64,000 nt of DNA from Macrostomum lignano (taxonomy: Eukaryota): the NCBI GenBank assembly GCA_002269645.1, contig NIVC01001678.1:124001-188000 (forward strand), written 5' to 3'. The notes under the pieces are model-generated. The model searched no databases. It was given only the letters and a program-made list of their open reading frames with translations, and had not been told where the DNA came from. The position numbers were made by a program, and so were the translations under genes. Shown here piece after piece: positions 25,626 to 36,600 of the stretch. Position 1 is the stretch's first letter; each line of letters opens with the position of its first letter.

Positions 25626-25988
25626 TTTTTTATTAGAGGCAGGGTGGTTGTGTGCACCCTGGCGCACTTTAAGCGACATAGGCACACAACCGGCGAGAGG
25701 CATTACTGCCCATTCCGCCGACTCCCCTGAGCAGGCATACAAGCGCGCGGATACGTACGCAGGCACACACTCACACAGGAGTGTACAGCGGCCCTAACTT
25801 TATTTTATCGTTAGGCATGTACACTTCACTGCGCCTTGGGGGGTTGGCTCTCAAGGCCGTTAATTGCACGATCAGAGCCAAGCCGAGATTCCAATTAAGC
25901 CCCAAATTAATGTGACTGCACTTGGAATCGAGCCTGGGTCGCTGGCACACCAGAGCAGCTGCGCTACCGCTGGGCTACGGCTCCCCAT
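25626..25988 (-). mobile_element. tRNA-derived SINE, full length (~363 bp)
   Basis: 13-bp direct repeat AGCCGCTTGGCAA at 25613-25625 and 25989-26001; minus-strand A-box TAGCCCAGCGG (25967-25977) and B-box-like GGCTCGATTCC (25924-25934); ends in AATAAAAAA; second copy at 51222-51370. Confidence 0.85.
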
Positions 25989-26399
25989 AGCCGCTTGGCA
26001 AACCTAGAGTGCACAGAGTACATCTCTAGCGCCGATTTTGCACTATTGGTAATTTTGCTCACTGATTTGATAGATTGATCGACTGAGAACCGCCTTGCGA
26101 TTGGTCCACTGTAACCGGCTGAGCCATCGGCAAACAAAGAAACCGATAAAAATAACTGTCAGATTTAACCTTCTCCTTAAATCATTTCACACTTCAGATT
26201 GAATTGATAAGAATATAGTGCGAGAAAAAGTATCCATTTTTGCAGGTATATTTAGTTATGGAACTATAGCTCGACTTTTTTTCTAACAAACTGTGAAAAT
26301 CTTAGATTTGGCAAAAATACTCGTTAGTTTTCAAAAGTCTTCGTAAAACAGTCATTACTCGCAAAACACAGTTTTTTGGAACCCGTTTTTTAACAATGA

Positions 26400-26915
26400 T
26401 ACTGAGAGGTTGGGGCTTCGCGATCAATATATTGGGGTTCTCGATCAATATCGAGGGTTGGGGCTTCGCGATCGATATATTGGGGTTCTCGATCGATATC
26501 GAGGGTTTGGGGCTTCGCGATCGATATATTGGGGTTCTCGATCAATATCGAGGGTTTGGGGCTTCGCGATCGATATATTGGGGTTCTCGATCGATATCGA
26601 GGGTTTGGGGCTTCGCGATCGATATATTGGAGTTCTTGATCGATATCGAGAGTTTGGGGCTCCGCGATCGATATATTGGAGTTCTTGATCGATATCGAGA
26701 GTTTGGGGCTTCGCGATCGATATATTGGAGTTCTTGATCGATATCGAGAGTTTGGGGCTCCGCGATCGATATATTGGAGTTCTTGATCGATATCGAGGGT
26801 TTGGGGCTTTGCGATCGATATATTGGAGTTCTTGATCGATATCAAGGGTTTGGGGCTTCGCGATCGATATATTGGAGTTCTTGATCGATATCGAGGGTTT
26901 GGGGCTTTGCGATCA
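26400..26915. repeat. 49-bp minisatellite rich in GATC/CGCGATCG palindromes
   Basis: GATCGATATATTGGAGTTCTTGATCGATATCGAGGGTTTGGGGCTTCGC in tandem. Confidence 0.95.
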
Positions 26916-27008
26916 ATGATATGGTTGTTGGTGAAGCATTAATTTGCCATCAAAGCAAAAATGCAGCCCAGAAACATAGCCAGTCCATCACGCCAAATAC
27001 CGCAGCTG

Positions 27009-30000
27009 CTAGCTGTAGTATCTCACTCTAGGCTTGAAAGTCTCAGTGACATTAAACAGCGGCTTCCGCCTCTTCCTCATGTAATCATAGCCCAGGTGCA
27101 GGAAGCGGTGCACAGCCACAGTGCTGTTGTCAGAGTCATCCATGCTCCAGTTTTTCAACTTCAGCATGCGACAGCCGCGATCCAACCAGCGAAGAGGATT
27201 CTTTCTCCCGGGCGGCTCTGCAAAGAGGAGCGCAGGCTTCGTTTCGTTTATTGGACAGCGGAGAAGAGGGTAGAGAGCGAACTGATTAGGGATAGGGAAA
27301 GGATATACGAGTCTAGAAGAGAGACCTACATGTACACAGGGGAGATCGCGGAGACAGTGGGATACAAGTATGGATAAGAGTGAGTGGGAAAGATTAGGAA
27401 GAGAGTGAAGATCAGCGAGTAGAGAGCGGAGATCAGCGGGTAGAGAGCGGAGATCAAGGGTAGAGAGCGGAGATCAGCGGGTAGAGAGCGGAGATCAAGG
27501 GTAGAGAGCGGAGATCAGCGGGTAGAGAGCGGAGATCAGAAGGTAGAGAGCGGAGATCAGCGGTTAGAGAGCGGAGATCAAGGGTAGAGAGCGGAGATCA
27601 GCGGTTAGAGAGCGGAGATCAAGGGTAGAGAGCGGAGATCAGCGGTTAGAGAGCGGAGATCAAGGGCAGAGAGCGGAGATCAAGGGTAAGAAGAGCGGAG
27701 ATCAAGGGTAGAGAGCGGAGATCAGCGGGTAGAGAGCGGAGATCAGCGGGTAGAGAGCGGAGATCAGCGGGTAGAGAGCGGAGATCAGCGGTTAGAGAGC
27801 GGAGATCAAGGGTAGAGAGCGGAGATCAAGGGTAAGAAGAGCGGAGATCAAGGGTAGAGAGCGGAGATCAAGGGTAGAGAGCGGAGATCAAGGGTAGAGA
27901 GCGGAGATCAGCGGTTAGAGAGCGGAGATTAAGGGTAGAGAGTGAAGATCAGCGGGTAGAGAGCGGAGATCAAGGGTAGAGAGCGGAGATCAGCGGGTAG
28001 AGAGCGGAGATCAAGGGTAGAGAGCGGAGATCAGCGGTTAGAGAGCGGAGATCAAGGGTAGAGAGCGGAGATCAGCGGGTAGAGAGCGGAGATCAAGGGT
28101 AGAGAGCGGAGATCAAGGGTAGAGAGCGGAGATCAGCGGTTAGAGAGCGGAGATCAAGGGTAGAGAGCGGAGATCAAGGGTAGAGAGCGGAGATCAAGGG
28201 TAGAGAGCGGAGATCAAGGGTAGAGAGCGGAGATCAGCGGTTAGAGAGCGGAGATCAAGGGTAGAGAGTGAAGATCAGCGGGTAGAGAGCGGAGATCAGC
28301 GGGTAGAGAGCGGAGATCAGCGGGTAGAGAGCGGAGATCAGCGGGTAGAGAGCGGAGATCAGCGGGTAGAGAGCGGAGATCAAGGGTAGAGAGCGGAGAT
28401 CAAGGGTAAGAAGAAACTCGCATCGCTCCGGCAATTCCAACTATAAATATATGCTCTCAAAGCATGCTGAATACCAAGCTGGACACTCACTGGCTCCGCG
28501 GCAGACAATCGTCCAGTTGGTCTGCCAGTCCATCAGCGGGGAGGCCACGCTGGGTGGCAGCAGCGTGTACCGGCCAGCTGCGGGCAGACCGGCTGTCTCT
28601 GTAGTTCTTGTAAACCTGCGTGAGAACAATCGGCCCAGTTGAGACTAAAGCTGTACCGGGAAGCCTCCTGGCGAGCACTTTGTGCATCATGGAACTGAAG
28701 AAGGGATGCCCCGGCACCGAGCCCATCAGGGAGTTCATGGCGCTGAAATTGGCGCCATGAATGATTCTGGTCAGCTCCAGCCGCTCCTGGTCGATGAAGG
28801 CCGCCTGCCGGGTGAGGCTCGGCCCGAACGGCTTCACGCATTCGACGTCCATGTCCAGGTAGATGCCTGAAAGGCAGCCACAGTTGATAGGGAAATCTGA
28901 GAGGATTCAGATGAAGATCTGGGAGGATTCTGATAGAGATCTGGCAGGATCACGATGGAAATCTGGAAAAATTCTGATTGAGATCTGGGAGGATTCTGAT
29001 GGAGATTTGGGAAGATTCTGATAGAGATCTGGCAGGATCACGATGGAAATCTGGAAAAATTCTGATTGAGATCTGGGAGGATTCTGATGGAGATTTGGGA
29101 AGATTCTGATTGAGATCTGTGAGGATTCTGACCAAGATATGAGGATTCTGGTGGAGATCTTGGATGCACCATATTTGATGACTCCATAAAAAGTGCAAGT
29201 GCAGCACCTCCGAACCGGTGCAGGATGACGTATCGAATGGCGTCAGAGCGTTGCAAGTTGTATTTGAAGCTCAGGTAAGTCTTCAAGTATTGAGGATACT
29301 CCTTGGAGATAAGAGCCCTGGCATCGGAGTCCCGCCACAGGTAATAAGTCCAGTTGGGGTTGAGCTTCAGGCAGCTGCTTATCATTGGCCGGTAATTCTC
29401 GTAGACCATCTCGGAGGCGAAGGTTTGGTGCAGAATTTGAGGAATGTCGAAGGCAGCTGGGGGATTTTCTTGTCTGTGATTGGCAGCACCCTGTTGAACT
29501 CCATGAGAAGAGATTGGATAGCTATGTGTTAGTTGATTGTCTTCAGCTGTTGCATAAGCCGCCGAGTTGATGTATTTGTAGCATAGAAGTGTCTGAAATT
29601 ACAATGTAGTTTGAGTAAAACATTGGCACAGTCTCTTCACTCTTCACTGGTGACCCCAAATTAGGTAGGTAGGCATACAAGTGACCGACAGCGTCTTCTG
29701 CCAGCAGCGTCTTCTACGCCACCGATCCAACCCTCCCTTCCTCCTCTTCCCTTGTTGCAGGCTCGGTGGTGCAGCTATGTCACGGGACGGGGAGAGAGGC
29801 TCTACCCCTCTCCCGCTGGCTCAGGCTGCAAGAGGGCTAAAAATAGAACATTAGTCAGTGGGATATTTCTCCATTAATACAGTCTTTGTTAAGTCAGCGG
29901 GAACGAGAGCATAGCTCTCCGCCCCGGGTAGGCTCCTGTGGGAATCTGGGGGTGCACTCCTTGCATGCTGTAACATGCAAGCGGTGTACCAGCAGGCCAC

Positions 30001-31021
30001 GCGGAGGCCTCGTGATGAGGCAGACTCATCTGTGCATCAGATGCAGATCAGAGGCAGATGCACAGTCTGTGGGCAGATGTCTTATGGACATCTCCGAGAT
30101 CGTTCCCTGGCTCCGGACAGTCCACGGAACTGCCACGGGATCTGCCACGGAACCGCCTCTGAGCTTCCTATTGGCCCGGAGCCCCTCAGGTTTTAGTATA
30201 AATACGGAGTAAGTGAGGGCCCAAAAGAGACCAACTTGCTTGGCTCGAGCAAAGCTAGTATTCCTAGACGAACTAGCTTGGGCAGAATCGCTAGACGCTT
30301 TTCCTAGGAATACGCTCGTAACCTGCAAGTAATCATTCGTTGCAGCTGCCATTGCTCATTAAGACCGCCGCAGGCTGTCTTTGACGGCAACACGCCAGAC
30401 CTCCAACGCCGTCTGAGCCCGGTCTCGAGGCCTACTTAACCTACGCTGTTGGGCAACATTGACTTAACGCCTAATAAGGCTTAAGGCTTGTTTACTGCGA
30501 CACCAGTTGAACGTAAAAATGATAATTTAGGATCGGCCCGTGACCGTTATTCACACGAATATACGTTTAACTGACTTGTCTTGTCTTATTTATTTTCTAC
30601 TTACCTAGGTTTAGATAGGGATAACCTGTTGAGGATATTACCTGTGGACCTACAAGGTGGCAGCGAACCAACTACCAAAACTCGGTCTAATATCTGAATT
30701 TAGCCTAATAGAGACTGCCGCTCTATTAGGGCGGCCAAAAGCGGCAAGACCAAGCAAGGGCAGCGTGGCGACCGCCGGCGAGTTGAGCGTCGGCGTAAGC
30801 GAAACCCCACCCGTCGAGCTGCTGCTATCCTTGGCCAATCGGATCTTTTGGGTGGCGCCGGAGACTGTGAGGCTCACTGTCATCTCGCTGCAAGAGGTGT
30901 CTATCAGAGCCGACCCGGAAATTCATTGTGAGGACCTGGGCGCCGATTGGATGCAACAGCCAAAAATGAAACTTACCAAACTGACACAAACCAGTAGAAG
31001 ACAGTTCCACCTATTTTTCAT
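27009..31021 (-). CDS. GT32 / Gly_transf_sug (DXD) glycosyltransferase, SUR1/Och1-like, type II membrane; one apparent +1 frameshift
   Basis: Exons (-) 31021-30977, 29592-29208, 28866-28491, 27217-27009. N-terminal anchor [20 protein letters not shown]; motifs [62 protein letters not shown] and C-terminal [10 protein letters not shown]. Exon sum 1015 nt = 3n+1, with the frame switch near 28570-28612. Confidence 0.85.
27410..28410. repeat. 20/21-bp minisatellite (AGAGAGCGGAGATCAAGGGT / ...CAGCGGGT) in GT32 intron 3
   Basis: Two unit variants interspersed. Confidence 0.95.
28880..29165. repeat. Degenerate ~21-bp repeat (GAGATCTGGGAGGATTCTGAT) in GT32 intron 2
   Basis: Repeated motif plus a longer duplicated block. 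Confidence 0.75.
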
Positions 31022-32429
31022 AACATCAGAAACGGTGCTGCTGTGCATGCCAGTACTGGTAATACATGTAAATGTAGACCGGTTGGGGTTATTTATTGCG
31101 CTCACTTGTACCCTAAATGAGGAGTTTTGTATGTTGACTTGGCTTTATAAACGCTGTAGTGTAGCTGATAGAGCATATTTCGGCCCAAAAGCCCAGAGAT
31201 TCAAACATGTCTATGGCATCAAACCATCTCCCATTCACTAAAGCAAGCGCCTAGTATGACCTTGCTGTGCAGGCCGGTGAGTGATTTAAAAGAAGTCCAT
31301 CATGTATTTCCATTATGTTTTGACTCAAATGTTAAAGGTGAATGAAATAAGCATGCACAGTGAACATACGTGGTGATGCACAAATGTACATGTATGGTCG
31401 CATTAAATGTAGTTCACTTTTAATCACTTCACTTCATCTACTATAACTATAGTATTAAAAACAATACACAAGAATATAACCGGTTCTGAACAAAACTGAT
31501 GTGTATTCGTAAGACTGTTCGTTCCGTCTAATCGTATATTTGTGTTAACAAAAAGGAGCGGAAATAATTCGTTATCGTAGGAGCCCTTGTCTCGCTCCGC
31601 TCATTAGTTATTCGAATAGTTAATTCCATTTTCCCTAGTGCGCCCAGCTCTTTAGTAACTGTCTGGGTCTTAGAGAATTATGACCATAGATAGTTCAATC
31701 GCATGCGTAAAAGTTCACAGTTAAAATCCATATCAAAAACAAGGACACGAAAAGAAAAAATGTAGTACATGTAGGTTTCTGACCCAATCTCCGTCGAGTC
31801 ATTGTTTGATAATGCGCATCTTCCGAATCGGAATCGAGTCTCAGTCTCCGCAAGGCGTTACTTTTACGAGCGCAGCTGTCCTTTTCGGGTGCGTAGAAGG
31901 TCCATTTGTGGGTTAGGAAGGTTTAAACCGGAACTGGCAGAAAAGCTCTGGTATACTTTACTTTTCGGCTTTTAGGTGGTGCACCTGATTCAGAAAAAAG
32001 AGAATTTTGTCTATGGTCTGCCCTGCAGGCCTTTGTGCTTTTTACACCATTTTACCTCCATTTTCATTCAAACTCAGTTCCTCTTTCGACAAAGAGAACT
32101 TCATCTTCGACACTTCAAGCTTAGCATCTCTGAAACTACATCAACTTCAGAAACTGCCTTCCATCATCATAGACAACTGAAAGTGAAGTTAAATTCTAAC
32201 CTCAAGAAAATGCTTCCTGTGGTCAAATTTGTACCAAATTTTTACAGCTGTTCATTAAAGCAGTGTATGCAGAGCAGAATCTCCTTTCTGTACGGATAGC
32301 TTTGCACCAAAGCAAACTGAAATGTTGGAAAACATTGGAAAACTGTTGGAGGCTTTTTAACGCCGAAAAGGCCGAAAACCATCACAATTAGCACTATACA
32401 TGTGTAAGAGTTGTTTGAGTATATAATTA

Positions 32430-32880
32430 TCTTTATGCAGGGGCCGAGGGGACAACCAAAACTTTTGCATGAAAAAATTCTTATAATATTTGGGAATCGA
32501 CGTTGTTTTAGCACTCAGTTGGCGCCGCAGGCAGGCATTTAGCTTGGCGGCGCAGTCACTCATTTTTGGCGCTACAGGCAGGCACTTACATGTAGTTTAG
32601 TGGCGCAGTTACTCATTTTGGCGCCGCAACTATACGTACAATGTAAGCTCATTAAATTTGGGGCTCTGAAGCAAAATGATTTCCATCACGACCGTCACCC
32701 AGTGGGGCGGAGGGACAAAGCATTGGCAAGTCCCCTTCATAAACTTTACTGGGAGGACATGTCCCCCTCTCCCTCCCGGTGGCGACAACGCCTCTGGCTG
32801 GATCGAACAGCTGTTGGGCCTGCTGACGAGGCTGCTGACGACGCCGGTTGACGTAAAAGCCCTTTATATTGCCTAATTCA
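32430..32880 (+). mobile_element. Dispersed repeat (copy 2)
   Basis: Collinear similarity to 24853-25345, with only a few degenerate catt(t)tggcgc units. Confidence 0.55.
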
Positions 32881-33681
32881 ACAGCATACAAAGAATATGA
32901 CATATTCTCAGCAATGTTTTTTGCTATATTATTACTTTTCGTTTCGACGCCTCGAAAATCACAGCCTTTAAGATTTACGTGGTATATCACTTGTCGAGAA
33001 AAAGCCCGAGAGCCTGCGTTCTGAAGGACAGTATAAACTTATACCACTCAGCCACAACCACAGCTACCCCCTGAGCTCGAAGAACTCAGCAGCCGGAGTT
33101 TCTTTTGTACCCCAGTTTGTTAAAATCGACTCAGACTCCCGGAAATTCCGGCACCGATTTAAACGTGGCAAACTCTCGTTACCGGCGGGCCCGCGACTCG
33201 AACTCGTCCAGGCTTCATCGATCCACCCACCCATGCACCTTCTTCAAACCCTAGTCCTTAAAATAGACTCTTGTTCGGCCAATCTTATCATCTTATAAGT
33301 GAAAATATCTGCATCAGTGATTATTTTACTTTATTCAAAGAAATTTTAGCTAGGCACTACACTTAACTCAAGCTTTAAGTCTTGACTTAAGCCAAAGAGG
33401 CGAGTATTAGTAGGCTTATATCGCGCAACATAAATTCGTTGAAATACTAGAAGAACAATTCACTTGCTATCACTACTTCTTATTAGACTTAATATAAATA
33501 AAGCTAACAGAAATTTGTTTATTTTTAATAACTCCATTTATTAACTCTATTTATTTTAAAATTAGGCCTACACTTCTATTGCTACATATCCAATAGCAAT
33601 AATAGACCCTACAATACCTAGGCCCCTAGTCCTACTCATAAGTCCTAAAGAATCGATAAACCTAAGTCTTCTTGCTTAAGA

Positions 33682-36600
33682 ATGACTGAAAACAATAATG
33701 AAGGCAAGGCCAAAACTGAGACACATAACTCTACTAAACTTGAAGATGTCCCAAAAAAGGAGAAGACTGTTTTAGGTAAGATAATTAATTTCAAATAGAC
33801 TTATTTTATAATGAATGCAAATTTTACATTTAATTTTTTATACTTTATAGGCCTACTATACTGTCTATACTTATGCTATAGGCTAGGCTATAAGCCCCTA
33901 TTGCAGCCAAGGTCTGAACCGCGCCGGACGCCCCCCTTTCCCGCGCCAGACATCTACCCGTACTGCGCCAGGGCCAGTCCCCAGGATCAGTGATTTGGTT
34001 CAATTAGTCAGTCAATGGCTCGCCGCGCGCCGCGCGCCGCCGCCACACGCCAGGCCACCGCACGCCGCCGCCACGCGCCGCGCCGCCGCCGCGCGCCGCG
34101 CCGCCGCCAGGCCAATCCGCGCCGGACGCCATTCACGAAAATGGCCATTGGCTGCAATAGGGCTATAAGCTAATCAATTTATTTAATATTATAATCATAG
34201 GATTCATAGTATATTTTTAGAAATTCTAATTACAAAACTAAATATTATGCTTTTGCAAGGAGTTTTATCTTAGTTAATTATTCCTAGACCTATATTAGTT
34301 CTAAAGATAATGTATCTAAAAAAGCTTTTTTGAAAGACAATGGATAAGTCTTTAAAATAGATCCAAATAAAAACTATTATTTTCATACTTTATATCCTTG
34401 AATAAATAAGTAAAAAACCACAAAAAAATTAAGTCTAAGTTGACCAATTTGCAATATTTTGTTTCATTTTTTATTAATAAACAATTAATTTTATACATGC
34501 ACAACTGCTGGCTGACCTAGCCGATCTAGCCACTATAAATTGTAATGGACCAGAGATAAATCGCAAAAATGCCTATCCCAAAGAATATAGATGTAGTACT
34601 AATTAGATGACAAGGCATTTAGCCTTTATAAGACACTCATAGTAATTCCTGCTATTTACCTAAAATTGTATTAAATTTTGCTTTAGGGTTTCTTTCATAG
34701 GTTAATTGTATTTTTGGTTACATGGCCAGTGTAAATCAGGGGGGGGTTGCGCATGTATGAATATAGTTTTAAGACTTGTAGACCTTAAAGAAGGCTAATT
34801 TTTTCACTACTTACTTTTTATTTTATTCAAAAAGATGAAGAATTTCTAAGATTAATGATTTTCTAAGTTTTTCTAAAACCATATAAACTTGCAAAAATTC
34901 ATACTAATATAATGTTCAAAGTTTGCCAGCAAACATCTTTTTCTAAAAGTACTGCTAATTCCTTGTTGCAAAATAATCTTTAAGTTTTTTCTTTCATTTA
35001 AATATCAACTTGTATATGATTAGTATATGTAATATGCCTATTTTTAGACTTAAAATTTTTGGGTAAAAAATGGTACCACAAAATGTGAACTGGCATCCAA
35101 ATAAAATGCTCCCTGTAAGCTTATAAACAGTGTTGGGCACCGTTAATGAAAATCTTAACTTCCGTTAATAGCAAAAGCGTTAGCATTAAAACAAAAAAAT
35201 CTTAACTTTTTAACTCCTAATTTCGTTAAGTTAACTGAAAGTTACTGATAATCATTAATAAGCGTTAATCCGTTAAAGTTAACCTAGAAAATACGGAAAT
35301 CTTGCACGTTTTTTCCAAAACAGACTTCGTAATGCACGTCTTTGCTATTCCATCTTTTTAGCGAAACACAGAGGTCATCTAAGCGATTTGAAAGCTAAAA
35401 AAGTAATAAATAATCATTTTAAAAACTTGCATGCATAATACTACTAAAAGTAAAGCATATGGTAAAAAAGTAACTTATTTTATTTGAAACTTAAAAGCTA
35501 ATAACGAGAAATTCATAATTAAATACGCATAGGAAGGTTGTTTCAGTACCATTAGCAGGTGCAGCAGAAAGTTGCGAAAGATTGGGACAGAAGTGAATCA
35601 AAGCGATCGATGCTCACGTGCAAGAAATAAAGTTTCACACTATTTTAATTCATCATATTATTTTAAAGTTTATTTGTAAGAAGTTGTTAATTACATGTAT
35701 GTCTGTATGATCATCGTCATAAATAAAGAGATTATATTTAGGCATATAGGTAAGCTCAAATACGTTCGTAATGTTTAAACTTCTTGTAAGACCTCTATTT
35801 TTCGTTCCTTCTTTGCGTCTTTGGTCATTGACATAGACACTACCGTTAACGATGAATTTATCGTTAATTCACAAAATTTTTAACGCAAATTCGTTAATCC
35901 ATTAGTTCAAAAAAATCTTAACGACAGTCCGTTAACGTTAATGAAAAATCTTAACGCTTATTAACGGACTGGTGCCCAACACTGCTTATAAAGCAACAAA
36001 AAACAATGAAATTACATTTAAATATTATCATTGTGACATATATATAGGAAAATATTTTCCAAATTGCTTTAGTAGAAGCTGAGTAAAATGCAATTTTCTG
36101 ATCCTTATAGGAATTCCAATGTGTTACTTGGCTTCCAAATTAGATGCTTACTATATTCTTATTAAGTAATAAAGAACAATGAAATTACACTTAAATGTGT
36201 ATCATCATAGCATGCATACATGCGCAACAGTCGGCCGAGTCGGCCGATCCGGCCGACCGATTTGGCGGCCAACCAAGGAAGTCGTAAAAATGCCCACCCG
36301 AAAAACACCCAAGTAGTAGTACTAAGTAGCTTATGAGGCATTTTGGCTTAATAAGTCAGTCATAGTTACTCCTGCCGTTTACCCAAAGTTGCGTTAATTT
36401 TGCTTTAGGGTTTTTTTACATGTAAGTCGCATTTTTGGCCAAAAACTACGTCGCATTTTTGTTACAACTAAATCGCACGGCCGACCGAATTTTGGAGGTT
36501 GCGCATGTATGATAGCATGTATGCTCAAAAAAAGATTTTTCCAAATTGCTTTAGTAGAAGCTGAGTAAAATGCAATTTTCTAATCCCTATGGGAATTTGT

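Noticed and set aside
28593-28615. 19-nt micro-intron (GTTTAC...AGAG) that would fix the GT32 frame
   Set aside because: Too short for normal spliceosomal removal, and it would delete a plausible VYKNY segment.
30617-30634. TAGGGATAAC resembling an I-SceI site
   Set aside because: Only the first 10 of 18 bases match; chance.
27009-31021. GT32 as bacterial or fungal contamination
   Set aside because: It has canonical spliceosomal introns filled with the same kind of minisatellites as the neighbouring animal genes.
33000-33060. A-box-like GTGGCTGAGTGGTAT on the minus strand (SINE/tRNA head)
   Set aside because: No convincing B-box at the right spacing, and no tail or TSD.
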